DNA of 64,000 bases from Octopus vulgaris (taxonomy: Eukaryota): contig OX597827.1 in NCBI GenBank assembly GCA_951406725.2, positions 82,708,001 through 82,772,000 of the forward strand. Direction: 5' to 3'. Under the pieces are notes generated by a model that was not told where the DNA came from, searched no databases, and worked only from the letters and a program-made list of their open reading frames with translations. Shown piece after piece: positions 26,036 to 40,649 of this stretch (position 1 is the stretch's first letter; every line of letters begins with the position of its first letter). The position numbers and the translations under genes were made by a program.

Positions 26036-26204
26036 TCTCACTATACAAGATATACATACATGTGTATATGTGTGAGTGTGTGTGTGTGTATGTATGTATA
26101 TGTATTTATATATATGGAGATAGATACATGCATACGTACATATATGCATACATACATGCATCAATGCATACATACATACATGCATACATACATACATGCA
26201 TACA

Positions 26205-26835
26205 TACATTATTATGGCTGCCCCCTCGTTATCAAGTATGGCCATTGCACGAAGCTTAACTGTTACTGGTGCTGTGATCGAATGTGACTTTTTTGCCCAA
26301 CTTAAGATCTACAATGTATTGTACAGAATTGGCAACTGAAACCTTTACCCGGTAATAGCCGGCTGTAGTTGTAACTGGGCTTCATGTACCTTTGCATGTC
26401 GTTTAAGTCCTCCTGCCGAATTACACTCTCTTCCACATGCCCGACAGATATGATTAGTATGGTATGTAACACCACCACCAGTGGCCAGGTTGTCACTCAT
26501 CTGTCTCGTTTTATGACTACGAAGATGACTCTTGAATGCAGCTTTACTGAGGCAGGGTCTTGCACAGACATTGCCCTTCCTGACATCCCTCCTTACTTTC
26601 TCATGTGCAACTCGAGATTTCTCAAAAGTGGCTGTCCCCTCATGCACAATCCTTCTCCACCTGCTACGATCAATAGCTATGCCTTCCCATGTGTCAGGAG
26701 AGATGCAAGCATCTCTTACAGAAGCCTTCAGCAAGTCCTTATACCTCTTTTTTGGTTTATGTGGAGGTCGTTCTCCTTTAGCCAACTCTCTGTAAAAGAG
26801 TTGTTTTGGCATCCTTGAATCCTTCATCCTGACAT
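26205..26835 (-). mobile_element. RTE-BovB-like LINE 3' end with C-terminal C2H2 zinc fingers
   Basis: RMKDSRMPKQLFY...KRYKDLLK...WEGIAIDRSRWR, followed by CRACGRECNSAGGLKRHAKVH and two degenerate fingers. Confidence 0.85.
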
Positions 26836-27389
26836 ACGTACATGCATACATACATACATACATGCATACATATATACATGCATACATGCATACATACACA
26901 CACATACATACATACATGCATGCATACATACATGCATACATACACACACATACATACATGCATACATACATACATGCATGCATACATACATGCATACATA
27001 CATGCATACATACATACACACATACATACATACATACATACATACATACACACATACATACATGCATGCATACATACATGCATACATACATGCATACATA
27101 CATACATGCATGCATGCATGCATACATGCATGCATGCATATATGCATGCATGCATGCAAGCATAGCAATGTCGATGGAATGGTGGGATGACTTGTAGAGT
27201 GATGCCTGGTGATAAGCACACAACAATGTCACCACTAACGAAGGCAGCAGAGTTTCAAGAGAGGAGGTTCGTTATTTCACTCAGTTTATTTAATGATTGG
27301 GAGATATCTTACCATGGTGATATCTTGTCACTTGTCTTATCAAACTGTCTTATATATTTGTGTGCATGCGATGTGTGTGTGTGTGTGTG

Positions 27390-27421
<32 letters not shown>

Positions 27422-27654
27422 TGTCTTTATTCTTCAAAGCATCAAGATTATATTGTGCAGAATAATGACAACATCCATTGACTTCATTCAGAATTACCAG
27501 ACAATGCTTTATACACTCACCAAAATCAGATACACATTTCAAAATAGGTTTTATATTTATCTTTATATATATATATACCTGAAAACACACATGTATGTTT
27601 ATATTTATACACACACACATACATATATGCTTTGTGAGTGTATATATGTGTGTG

Positions 27655-27702
<48 letters not shown>

Positions 27703-28038
27703 AAGTAAATATCATATATAAATGTGTGTGTGTATACACCCACTCACACACTCATATATATATACTTACACCTATATGGGTTTACAGATATATACATTTA
27801 TACATACATATATATATATATTTATATATGTATGCATAAATGTATACATACACACACACACAAACACACACACATATATATATATACATACACAGAAGTA
27901 CATAATTATTTACCCTCATATATGTATGTATACATATATATATGCACACACACACACATATATATGTATATCTGCATGTATTCACACACACACACCACAT
28001 GCATGCACGCACACACACACACATGCACGCACACACAT

Positions 28039-28089
<51 letters not shown>

Positions 28090-28934
28090 TACACACTGAG
28101 TGAGAAACTCATTCGTCTCTAAGTCTGACTCAATTCACAGCTTTAGAATCTTTTAATCTGTTGCCACACAATCGGTGTCTGTATATCTCTCCAGCAGAGT
28201 GTTAGAACAGAGAGATTAAAGAATTCCAATATATCGGCCAGTGTTTGCTTGTCATAGAAATGTTCCACCAATTCTCTTTCAATTTGAACTTATTTTGTCT
28301 CTCTTAAAAATAGTATTCACCGTACAATTAGAACCCACCTTGACACAAACCCCTCATTATTTCTACCCTGTTTGAAGCAGATGCACGAATATTATTTTGT
28401 CTCTTTCACTATTTTCCTGACTGTTTCTTTGTTGTTTTTACATGGCATCTTATTTACTCACACACACACACACATGCAAGCACACACACACACACACACA
28501 CATGCAAGCACATACACAAACACACACATGTATGTATATATGTGCAAACAAATTAAACATGTATACATATATATGTGTGTGTGTGTGCATGTGTGTGTGT
28601 GTGTATGTGTGTGTGTACTTATATACCTTGTCTTTATAGATCTGATGTGATGGAAGCGTAAGGGGAGGAATGGGGGTGGAAGAGGGGGTTGTATTTGTTT
28701 GGGTTTGAAAGAGAAATTGATTTTTGCATTTTTCTTCCATTCTTACACATGTTCTGTTATTTATTTGTTTGTGTGTTTGTTTATTTCATCATAGCAACCT
28801 TAATACATGCCCACCCACCCTAATCCCCCCCCTACACACACGTACATATATGTATATACATTGATCGATATATTGGAATTCTACTTATAAACCTACATAC
28901 ATACATATATACATGTGTATGTGTATATATATAT

Positions 28935-28967
<33 letters not shown>

Positions 28968-29007
28968 CATACATATATATATCTATATGTATACATATAT
29001 TTATATT

Positions 29008-29045
<38 letters not shown>

Positions 29046-29050
29046 CACAC

Positions 29051-29107
<57 letters not shown>

Positions 29108-29484
29108 TACACATATATGTATATATATATATATATATATGCACATATGTATGTATGTATGTATGCATGTACATATGTATGTATACACACACACATATGT
29201 ATATCCATACACATTCATATGTATGTGCATATCTAAAAGCACTGACATACTTATATCATTTCATCATTTTGTTCATTTTTTCCATGCCTTCATGAGTTAG
29301 ATGAATATATTCTTGAGGCATTGTTTCACAGCCTGATGGCCCCTCTTATTGCTATCCCATTGCAGCTTTTTCGTGTAAGGGACCTCACTTTCCACACGGC
29401 TTTAAAGTCATAAACATTGGTTGATGGAGAAACTGACAACAACAATCCAACTCATATGTGACATCTTTGTGACAGAACAGCTTT

Positions 29485-30200
29485 GCATATCTAGACATGC
29501 TCATATATATTTAAATGATAAACTTCTGGAAAGTTTTACAGATTTTTACAGTTCCAGTGATGAATTGGATCTGTAGTCTCCTTTCTGGTTTTGAGAAGCC
29601 TAATTTCTCAAGATTGGTATTTAGGCAACGTGTTATATATCCCAGGGCCCCAATAACTTCAGGTATAAACCCAAACTTGTAATCTGGATAGAGTAACTGC
29701 AGATTTCTCAATAGTTCAGCATAGGTGTTCTCTTTTTCATTGATCTTCAGTTTTATGTTAACATCCCCTGAGCAGCTGATTTCCACAACTGTACACAGTT
29801 TCTCTTCTCTATTGCAAATCATTATATCAGGTCTGTTGTGCTTACATTTTATTGAGGTATTCACTGGGACATTCCACCAGTACTCCTTTTTTATAGGTGG
29901 CTATGGCTTTACCATACTGTGGGCTCTTATTTCTTTGTCTTTGGGGTTATCCTTTTGATGGATTTCATTACAGAGTGTCCTAGCTACAACATCATGTCTC
30001 ATCGATAGATAATACTGAGATGACATTTTCAGACAACTGCTTATGATGTGGCTGATATCTTCGGTGTTAACTCTACAAAGTCTGCATCAGTTGTCACATT
30101 TTACTGCTCTTCCTGCATCTCTATCCCTTTTGTACATCAGGTACTTGGTTGATATTTCCTGTTCCTGGATTGCAAACGCATACCCATCAAAGTGGGAAGT
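29485..30200 (-). mobile_element. R4/Dong-type LINE (lineage 2) 3' part: CCHC knuckle, RHD and restriction-like endonuclease
   Basis: CRLC..HIISSC, RHDVVA, NRPDI...VVEISC, GALG, and the stop at 29511. The 5' end abuts ATGTATGT. Confidence 0.9.
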
Positions 30201-31824
30201 ATGTATGTATAAGTAAACCTTAGGTGAGTTAAAATATGCAACTTATTTCAACTTTTAAATGTAAGTTCACAGCAATTACCAAAGAGAAAAATCTTCCCTC
30301 TTTTGGTAAAAAGTGTAAAAACAGCATTTCTAGTTTAAATATGACACCAACATATTTTAACAAACCTAAAGTTAGGACCTGAGAACTGAGCCCTAGTGAA
30401 CTCCTGCCAGCACACTGAATTCTTACTGTGTTTATTGCTGTCATCATGCTGACAAGGTCCCTGTGTAGGGCTCCAATAACTATCACAAGCTATTTATTTA
30501 CTCTTGCCTTCCTCTGCAGCCATCAGATCACCAAGCAAGCAACCCTGTTTAAAGCATTCTCCAACTTGACAAATGCTGGTTACCTTAAAGTAATTCTTCT
30601 ATAATTGTCTCGTTAGAAAGATGGCTTTGATAGTAACTCTTCCTGCCACAAATTGAACAACATCACATCAATCAATCTATAACTTTTTTGACCTTATCCA
30701 GCAATATTATATATTTGTAATTAATCACCTTGCCCTTTAACGAATCTTCGTTACTCTTTTAACAGTTGACTATAATGTCATAACATTTCCCTCTACAATA
30801 TATTCTATCTACAAAAATAATTACACCATCTTCACCCCCACTTAAAAAACAAAACAACAATGAATGATCAACTTCAAGTAGGAGAGAACCCTAACATTTT
30901 TAATCAATTAAAATTAATTAAAAAATAGAATGTAGACAATGCACCAGAGAGTAATTCTAACTTTGGCCACATGGGGAGACAACTTTGGATGTGTTTCTGT
31001 CTTAAGAATTTTCCTCAGCTAGCTGTTGAGAGACAGATAGATTTTGACTGAAATGATTAACTTGAAATATTGGTTGCACACCTCAAATGGTGCATCTAAC
31101 TGAAAAGCAGCAGGAAATAATGATGGCATAGAAAATTGGATAATGTCTCCTTGTCTTTCTACATTATTCCCTCAACAGCAATATAAGGAAATAATATGTG
31201 AAGATGGCTTCACTTAATTCATCAGAGAACTTCTTAGTATTTCACTTCAAATATTACATTTCTTGACGTTGTTCTTCTCATTAAGTTTCTTATTTTACAG
31301 TGCTTTACCTTCACAGTTAGCCAGAATGTTCTGTTGTAATCTCTTGGGGCAGAAACCATTTCATAACTTTATTCATTGCCACCCATACAGTGCTGGATGT
31401 GGTTTGAAATCTGCAGAATAAACCAAGCATATATAATATTCATTACGTTTGCCATTAGAAATGCAGTTTGTCACTTGTCTCATTCCATATTGTGGCCATA
31501 TACAATATTGGTTCCAGGTAACTTACACAATCAGAGAACACCATTTCTTCATGGTCAACTTGGCTATTAATTCACCAATTCCTACCGTTAGTTAATCTGA
31601 GTTAACCAAATGTTCCCTTTACAAAATTCTTGCTTTCTAAACTCTATTCCCAGCCACACACACACACATACACACACACACACACACACACATACACACC
31701 CCCTCTGGTGCTATATATGTCTCAAGTGACAGTTATACCTGATATAATTCTTCATAATAATCAGTCAAAGCTTATTGCTAACAGAAAAGTTCACCATTTA
31801 TTGTTATTATTATTATTATTATTA

Positions 31825-31894
<70 letters not shown>

Positions 31895-32241
31895 GGTAAT
31901 GAGCTGGCTGAACCATTAGTACATTGGAAAAAATGCTTTGTGGCATTTCTTCCAGCTCCTTACATCCTGAGTTCAAATCCTACTGAGGTCAGCTTTGCTT
32001 TTCATTCCTTTGACCCCTAAAGTTGCTAGCCTTGTGCGTAACACCAAAACCCTTATTATTATTATTATTATTCAGTAGTTTTATTTTTATAGCATGCTTT
32101 CACTTCACTACCGAGCGCAGCTCTGTGTGCCTTGGGTATGTGCTGTGATTTGTTGTGATGCTCTGATGGTTATTGTATGGAAAGTGTTCTGCGTAGGATG
32201 TGTGCGGTGCCTAGTAGTGCAATTTTCTGTATGTTATATGT

Positions 32242-32302
32242 TTTTTCATTGATTGATTCTAGTTTCAGCTCATGAGCTGTGGCCATGCTGGGGCACCGCC
32301 AT
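32242..32302 (-). mobile_element. 61-bp retroposed SINE/LINE 3' tail with an 8-bp TSD
   Basis: GGCGGTGCCCCAGCATGGCCACAG tail similar to SINE A. TSD TTATATGT at 32234-32241 and 32303-32310. Confidence 0.85.
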
Positions 32303-33041
32303 TTATATGTGTTTGTAAGTCCTGGTGTTTTTGTTATGTATTTGTCTGAATATTTTTTTATCATGCCTAATGCACCTACCATGATAGGAATTGTTTCTGT
32401 TTTTAGATTCCACATTCTGGTTACCTCTATTTCCAGGTCTTTGTATTTTGAAAGTTTCTCCATTTCTTTTAGAGACACGTTGTCATTTGCTGGTATTGAT
32501 ACATCAATTAGAAAGCATTTTTTTTCTTCATGATCTCTGACAACAATATCTGGTCTGTTGGCCTTAATTTCTCTATCTGTGTGTATTGGCAGAGTATGGT
32601 TGCTTTCTCGTTTTCTGTGACCTTTTCTGGTGTGTGCCTATACCATCTTTTTTCTGTTGTTATTCCATAATGTTGGCATAGCTTCCAGTGTATGTAGGTC
32701 CCAACTCTGTCGTGTCTGTGAATATATTCCTTCTTAGCCAGGACTGGGCAGCCAGAGATAATATGATTTATTGTTTTTTGTCCATCTCTACATATTCTGC
32801 AGTTACTTGTTATATTTCTTTTCATTACATGTTTTTGTTAATTCCTGGTGGGGAGGCTTTGGTCTTGTGCTGCAATTAAAAATCCCTCTGTCTCTGCTTT
32901 GAGTCCTGAGCTTCTCAACCATTGCTGGGATTCTTCTTTGTCTATTTCTTTTTCATTTAGTTTAGTCCAATATTTGCCATGAAGGGGCTTTTCTTGCCAT
33001 TGTTTTATCATGGTTCGTTGCTGTTCTAGTTTTATAGCTTT

Positions 33042-33455
33042 TGTAACAGGATCTATATCAATTCACTGAAAGGGTGTCGATCCGATCCAGTCACATACAA
33101 TTTAGTAAGACATAACAGACGAAGTCAGGTTATAGGTGAAAGACAGCAGTTTGTTTATTAATTGCGATGGCGTACGTGTATCTGATGGGAGAACGACAGC
33201 CTCTGATGTACAGCTTCTTCTTGTTCGTTTGTTGAAGTGGTTCGACGTCGTTCGCGGCTAAGTCGTTGAGGTTATCAGAGCCTACGAAATGCAAGTCTGT
33301 TCGCATCGGCTGTCTTGCCAGAGAGAATGATTTGAGTTTAGCGGGCCTAAGGGATCGTTTCCCGCACATGCGCATGGGGAAGACTTCCGGTGGCCACCCG
33401 GAAGTAGTCCCATTCTGCGCATGCGCGCTGAACCCTACACAGTAGCATCACTACA
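33042..33455 (-). mobile_element. Solo LTR (414 bp, probably Ty3/Gypsy)
   Basis: TGTA...TACA termini, a 4-bp TSD CTTT (33038-33041 and 33456-33459) and AATAAA on the minus strand. Removing it restores the Dong frame (TTKAIKLEQQ). Confidence 0.9.
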
Positions 33456-33518
33456 CTTTTGTTGTTTCTTCTTCTTCTTCTTCTTCTTCTTCTTCTTCTT
33501 CTTCTTCTTCTTCTTCTT

Positions 33519-33549
<31 letters not shown>

Positions 33550-33735
33550 GGTGGTATGATTTCTTGTTTGTATTTGTCAGCTTCCTTAAATACTGAGAAG
33601 AGTTTGTTGTTTTGCTCGTGTTTTGCCGCTATTTGTATCAGTTTTCCTTCCTTCTGAAGTAGATATTTTTGCAGTCCTATGGTGGTTATTTTATAGTAGT
33701 TTTCCAGATGTATAAGGCCTCTACCACCTTCTATA

Positions 33736-33821
<86 letters not shown>

Positions 33822-36699
33822 TTATTATTAGGGTTTCAATGTGAGGATAAACGGCCTAGTGGTTAGGGTGTTGCGCTCACGATCGCAAGAGTGTGGTTTC
33901 AGTTCATAGACGGAGCGGTGCATTGTTCTTGAGCAAAACACTTCACCTCACATTGTTCTGCACTCACTTCCACACCTGACACATGCCACACCGTGCACCT
34001 GTCCAGCCAAGGTTGATTTGATGGAGGGAGTAAGCAAATGAACAGCACAGGCATCTATCCACCATAAAAACAATTCATTTGTGTTGGTCATTTGGCAAAG
34101 AAACTGGACTCCCAAATGTTGTGTTCGATGAGAGAGTCCACCATTATGTTTATTATTCTGGCAGACTCGTTAGCATGCTGGACGAAATGCTTGGCAGCAT
34201 TTCTGCTCGTCACTATGTTCTGAGTCCAAATTCCACCAAGGTTGACTTTGCCTTTCATCCTTTCGGGGTTGATAAATTAAGTACCAGTTGTGTACTGGGG
34301 TTGATGTAATCCACTTACTCCTCTTAACAGAATTTTGTCTGTCTTTAAGATCGGAGTTCAAATTCTGCTACAAGTGACTATATCTTTCATCCTTTCGCGG
34401 TTGATAAAATAAGTACCAGTCATGTACTGGGGTCAATACAAAGAACTTACCCCACCCCATGAATTGCTGGCCTTGTGTCAAAATTTGCAGCCAATATTGT
34501 TGTTGTTGTTATCATCGTCAATGTCATTGTGCTCATCACCATTCTCATCGTCGTCATCATTGATGTCATCATATTTTTAATAGTTCTTTGCCAGTTTCTG
34601 TTGCACCCCCAGAGGTACCTCACTATATCTGAGCAAAGAGCAACATTATCAGCTGGCAAAGTGTATTCCCAAACTGAGTTTGAACTCCAGATCAGTTATA
34701 CTTTGTTGTGCGACTCAGTCTGATGTCTCGGCTGTTATTTTATTGTTTAATCTGTTGTGTAGACTCTGTCTAATGTAAGCTGTGTGATTTTGTTGGATGG
34801 TGTCTGTCTTTCATTTGTGTTACGTGATTGATGTTATGTGTTTTAGTGTTGTTGGGTAGAGTATGGGCTGAGGGTACATTGCACCAGTGAAGGGTGGATG
34901 TATACAGTATGGTGGTCTGGGGTTGTCTTGAGCATGGGTGGTGTGGGCTGTTTTATTTTACTGGACGTTTATCTTCTCTGCTGGGTCAGCCATGCCATTC
35001 AGATGCCAGGGAACCAGCTCCCAAAGATGGTCCTCTTTAATAAAATCGAGACTTAAAGCAAACCTCATCAACGCCTTAAACATCATTTTCATAAACATCT
35101 CAAGTGGCCTCTCATCTTATGTGGTGTCCCTCCCAGTTAGTTGGGGCCCTTACTTCATAAGGGACCAAGATACCTAAGACTATACAAATATTCTTATCCC
35201 TGTTTTCCCTTATTACGTCTGACCAGATTCACTTGCTTTCTTTATCCGTTTGGACAGCCTCGTCTCAAATGACCGGGCCTCAGCCATTCTGTCAGACCTT
35301 GTTCTGCAACTTGTTTACATCGCTTCTTATCTGTTCTCGCATCAAAGTGTTGGCATATTGCCCCGCGAACTTAACAACCAATTCATTTCTCTCAGTGAAT
35401 GGACTTGAACTTGGCAGCCAAAAAGGACACGCTTCACTGGCACAGTCTCTACTTGATGTCAGTGTTTTCCTTTCCACCATTTTATTTCTGTAATTATTTG
35501 TAGTTAGACATTAGTCCAGCAGCTAGAAATCAGGCCAGTTTCTGTTTCTAGTTTAAATGCTTTGAGCCATCATTGCCTCTCATTATCGCTTGCTTCCTCT
35601 CTTTCTCTCAACTCAAGCTGGATTCTGACGATGATCAGCTTTTCCTCTCCGTCATATATTTTGAAATTCTGATTTGATTTTGTCTTTTGTTTTCATTGTT
35701 TTAAACAGTTTCTGTTCTTTTGAATTTATCCAAATCTTTCACTGCCGTGCACCCTGATAAATAATAATTAAATAAACAGGCACAGTTTTAAACATCATTA
35801 GTTACATTTTGAGAGGTTCAAAAGCATAAAGACTGGGAGAAAGGCAAACTTAAATAACAACAAAATCACAAACAACAGCATAAGCAACTCATCTTTCGCT
35901 TGCATTGCAAATCAGAGGGAAATGTTGGAGACAATTCCGAGCAAAAGAATAAGAATGGAAATAAAACCAAAAAAGAGAAACAAAGACAGTTGTATTAGAG
36001 GATGTGTAGCAGGGTGTATTCTCCCTTTTCAGGGGTAGGGGATGATATAAGTATGCTGAATATACAAGACTGAGGGTGTAGAGCAAAAAGGCAGAGATTG
36101 TGAAACCTGTGTTAGCCCACAGGGTGGCCCCCACAGTACATAGGCAAGAGAAATATTAATAGATGGTGTGCAATCAAAAGTATTGATTTATAGTCACCTT
36201 TGTGGCACATTACAGGTAGTTTGTGAGTGTGGAGAGAAGAAACAACAACATATCGTGTAGTGGGATCAGTTTGCAAGTCCAGATCCTGATGACCCCTCCT
36301 TTTGGAGAAAATGGGAAGGAGGTCAACAATAGTGGTGAGGCAGAGTAGGAGACCCAGTTGCTGCATGTGTGGTAGTAAAAGTCACTCAAAGGCTGGACTT
36401 TCTAACTAGAAAGGGGAAGACAAAAGAAAAGTGTAAGTGGTAAACAAGAACAGAAGGGGTCACAACAGCAGGCCCCTGCGATGAAGGCCATGGGTGCTGC
36501 TGCTGCTACTGCTGCTGCAACTCTTAGTGTCAGAGCTCCACTATTCATAGTTCTGAGGATATACAGACGAAGTGCAAACAATTGTAATTATCTCTTCCTT
36601 AATATTACAAACACTGAGGATTAATGATACTAAGGGACCAAAAACCTAGTGGTATTTCTTTCTTAAACACATGACTGACCAAAGGCCCTGAGGTGGGGC

Positions 36700-37068
36700 T
36701 ATGCTATATACACATCTCACATGTAAACTATGCTATCCACATTTCATAGGTAGAACTTTACTATGTACACACCTCATATACAGAATTCCACGTTATATAC
36801 ATTTCATCTTAAAACTCCACCATGCATACCCTTTCACACAGAACCATACTATGCATCCACGTTTCATACATAGAACTATACTCTATATTCATATTTTTTA
36901 TAGAGGACGCTCTCATAATCACACTCATATGCAACTATAGTGCATTCCCATTATTTCACATGAACAGCTGCTCCATATATTCATATTTCATACATAGAGC
37001 TACTTTCTATATATTCACATTTCATAAATAGAAGTCCTCTACACTGCCCTTCAAAAGGACAGAACTAC

Positions 37069-37130
<62 letters not shown>

Positions 37131-37245
37131 TATATACATATATAATTATATATAGCTTCACCTCATATACACACTACTACAACAATATGTTTACATTTCA
37201 TCAGAACAAGAACTCGGCTGTGTTTACATTTCCTAAATAGAAGTT
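36700..37245. repeat. Old ~30 bp minisatellite
   Basis: About 11-14 diverged units resembling CTATATTCACATTTCATACATAGAACT, interrupted by a (TA)/(CA) tract. Confidence 0.7.
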
Positions 37246-38789
37246 GGGTGTATTTGTATTGTAGTCGCTTGATTACCTGACACTGGCAAATTCTGGCTTT
37301 TCTTTGATCATCTGGCTAAAGTAAAATTAATAAAGAGACTATTAATGGCAAAAATAGAAAATAACTTTGGCTAAAGATCAAATTTCTTTAGCATTAACAG
37401 TTTCCAAAAGGGAAAGGAGGAGGCAGGATGGGGATGGGCAGCATTTTTGGCTAAATCAATATTCTGTATACTTTTGATATTTCGGGTTAACATGACTGGG
37501 TTTACAAAGTAGTTTTAGCCCTGTTATCCCAGATCTTATCTGACTGAATTACAAATAACGGACTTTTTTTTATCATTTTGTTGACATTGTTACATCCCGT
37601 CCTGCTTCCTGGAACAGGATGTTCACAAAATCGGTAGAGCTTCAAGTGAAATGCTTTGTGGGAGTGGGTTATGACTTGTAAGGGTCAGAGTTCAAATCCA
37701 ATCAGGGCCAACTTTAACTTTCATCATTCTGTTGTCAATAAAATAAACTACTGGAGCTAATTTAATCAATTATAATTTAATCATAATTTAATTACAATTA
37801 TACTTTAATCAGTCATACCCCCACCCCCGACCACTCCCATTTTAGACCTTGTGTCTAGGACCATAATCATCCTTCATCTACCATTATTGGAGACATTTCT
37901 TCACAGAACTCGGTCAAAGAATTTCCTCTGAGGCCAAACGAGGAAATCAACTCCGTTTCTCACCAACTCAACGTCTTCTATCTTTTGTCTTTCATTCTTT
38001 TACTTGTTTCGGTCATCAGACTGTGGCCATGCTGGGGCAGCACTGCCTTGAAGGGTTTTTAGTCAAATGAAACGACCCTAGTGCTTATCATTGTGTTAAG
38101 CCTTGTACCTATTCTATCGATCTCTTTTGCTGAACTGCTAAGTTACAGAAAAATAAACACATCAACACTGGTTGTCAAGCTGTGGTGGGGAAGGGTGACA
38201 AACACACACACACACATGATGGGCTTCTTTCAGTTTCCATCAACCAAATCTGCTCACAAGGCTTTGATTGGCCTAAGGCTATAGTAGGAGACACTTGTTC
38301 AAGCTTCTTACCACACAGCCACTCCGGCACCAAATATCCATTTCATTTTGTTCTTTATGTTTTATCACATTCGGTAAACAATAGCAACGCTTGGTTGCCA
38401 TGGTGAGTGGTTGGTCAGAGGGTGGACCGGCAGAATTGTCAGCACATCTTTACAAATTGCTTGGCAGCATCCCTTCCATCTTTGCACTCTCATTAAATAT
38501 TCCACTGCAGTCAACTTTGCTCTTCATCCTTTCGGAGTCAATAAAATAAGTACGAAGGGGTCAATGTGTCCCCTTCATGTAATTGATCGTCTTGTACCAA
38601 AATTTAAAACTAATAGTGTGTCCAACAGTGGAAAGGAAGTGTTTGTAACTTGGTAAGGAACAAATATTGCTTGAGATTTTTTTCATAAAGCACAGGGTTT
38701 TTTTTTATTATCTTGGTGATGTTTCCATTCGTTGAAAAAAAAATATATATATATCAACAAATCATTTATACACACACAAATGTATATAA

Positions 38790-38820
<31 letters not shown>

Positions 38821-38848
38821 TGTATGTATGTATGTATGTATGTATGTA

Positions 38849-38881
<33 letters not shown>

Positions 38882-40597
38882 ATGTATGTATGTATGTATG
38901 TATGTATGTATGTGTGTGTATGTGTGCATGTATGTATATGTGTATGTGTGTGTGTATGTATGTGTGTATGTATGTATGTGTGTATGTATGTATGTATGTG
39001 TGTGTGTCTGTGTAGAGTAAGAGAGGGAGAGGGAGAGAGAGAAACACAACATACACACACATTTTATATATACCCGCATACATATATGTGACCAATAAAT
39101 ATATATGTACAACACACCATTTACTAGAAAACCTAAAATAAACTTAAAGCATTTGAATTAGAGTCTGATAAAATTTTGTTGTGAGACTTTAAACAGAGAA
39201 GAAAGCAAATCGATACTTTATACACAAAAGTTTCCTCAAGTTTTCTCTGTGCAAAGAGAATAACAAAATATATCCACATCTGTTTAAAGTTCCAGAGCAG
39301 AAGTCCTAAAAATTATAGTTTAACTGCTTTAAAGAAGAACCAAACACAAATAATGTAAGGCTGAATGGAGATTTGATTCAAAGGGGCAAGAGAGAGATTC
39401 CCTAATGCTGGTGTCCTGAAGAACAAGTACAACCGGTTCACTCTGTAAAGTGGTCGATGGGAGAAAAGGAATGAGATGCGACCTTCCAGCTTGGGAGATC
39501 CTCTCAAATTGTTTGATGCAGGACAGCATGGAATGAAAGTGGACATTAAAATTAAGATGGTGAGGAAGATGACGAGGAGGAGGAAGAGGAGGAGGAGAAG
39601 GGGGGAGAAAGAGGATGATGATGATGATGATGATGGGGACAAGAATGGCAACACATACCTGTACACATACATTCATGCATTCATACATACATACATGCAT
39701 GCATAAACATATATACACACACACACATACATACATACACATAAACACATACATACAAGTATACATAAATACACATGTACTTAATTTCATGCGCTTGCAC
39801 ACACACACACACACATACATACATGCCAGCCTCTTCCCATTTTCCCTGTCCAAAATTCCACGGCCAAGGAAGGAAGTCATCCACCCAACTCTGGTGATTA
39901 TTTTATTAACCAGGGAAATTCGCTAAAGAACACAAGTCATTTTGTTGGTTGCTCTACTGATTCTGGCAGAGCACAGTTATGGCGACTCAGACAATAAGAT
40001 TAATGTAATTAGTGAATCTCAATCAATCAACTCCATCTAATGAGGCCTAATTGAATTTGTTTTGATAATGTGTGATGTTACGGCTGAAGATGTTGAATTA
40101 GTGCAGCTATTAGAAACACACACACACAGACGTGTGTGTGTGTGTGTATTCATACACATGCATATACATACATAATGGTGCACACACACACACACACACA
40201 CATATATAGACACTCTTACACATGCTTATACACACACACACACACACTAGTATAGGAGTGGGGTGGGGCACTGGCATGGCTCTAGGGACAGGCATCTCTG
40301 TGTAATTAAGCAGTTTGCTTTGTAACCACATGGTTCTGGGTTCAGTCCTGCTCTCTGGTACTTTGGAAAGTGCTATCCATGGTCCTGGGACCATCAATTG
40401 CTTGTGAGTTAATTTGACAGACAGAAACTACAAGGAAGCCTGTTAAATACATATGAATGAGATATAAGGATAAACACAGGTTTATATAATAAGGCCTTAT
40501 GTACGTTTTACCATTATGGTTGTTTAGGGCCCAAACGCTCAACCACAACGGGTCATCAGGAAACATTTTATTAACTTAACTTACAGATATCTATGTT

Positions 40598-40649
<52 letters not shown>

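Larger units (their letters stand above)
32073..33737 (-). mobile_element. R4/Dong-type LINE (lineage 1), 5'-truncated, inserted in (TAA)n
   Basis: GGRGL, AAQDQSL, CRIC..HIISGC, RHDRV, RPDIV..LIDVSIP, KLSKYKDL and GALG. (TTA)n at 32053-32072 and 33738-33829. Confidence 0.92.

Noticed and set aside
34700-36560. Possible LINE ORF1/gag remnants on the minus strand
   Set aside because: There are many stops and no motif I can identify with confidence.
36700-37245. ~30 bp periodic repeat, superficially CRISPR-like
   Set aside because: The units are contiguous and degenerate with no unique spacers. The context is eukaryotic and there are no cas genes.
38007-38019. CTGATGA-CC-GAAA on the minus strand
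   Set aside because: A chance variant of the SINE A tail (CAAATGACTGAAAC), with no stem II or stem I.
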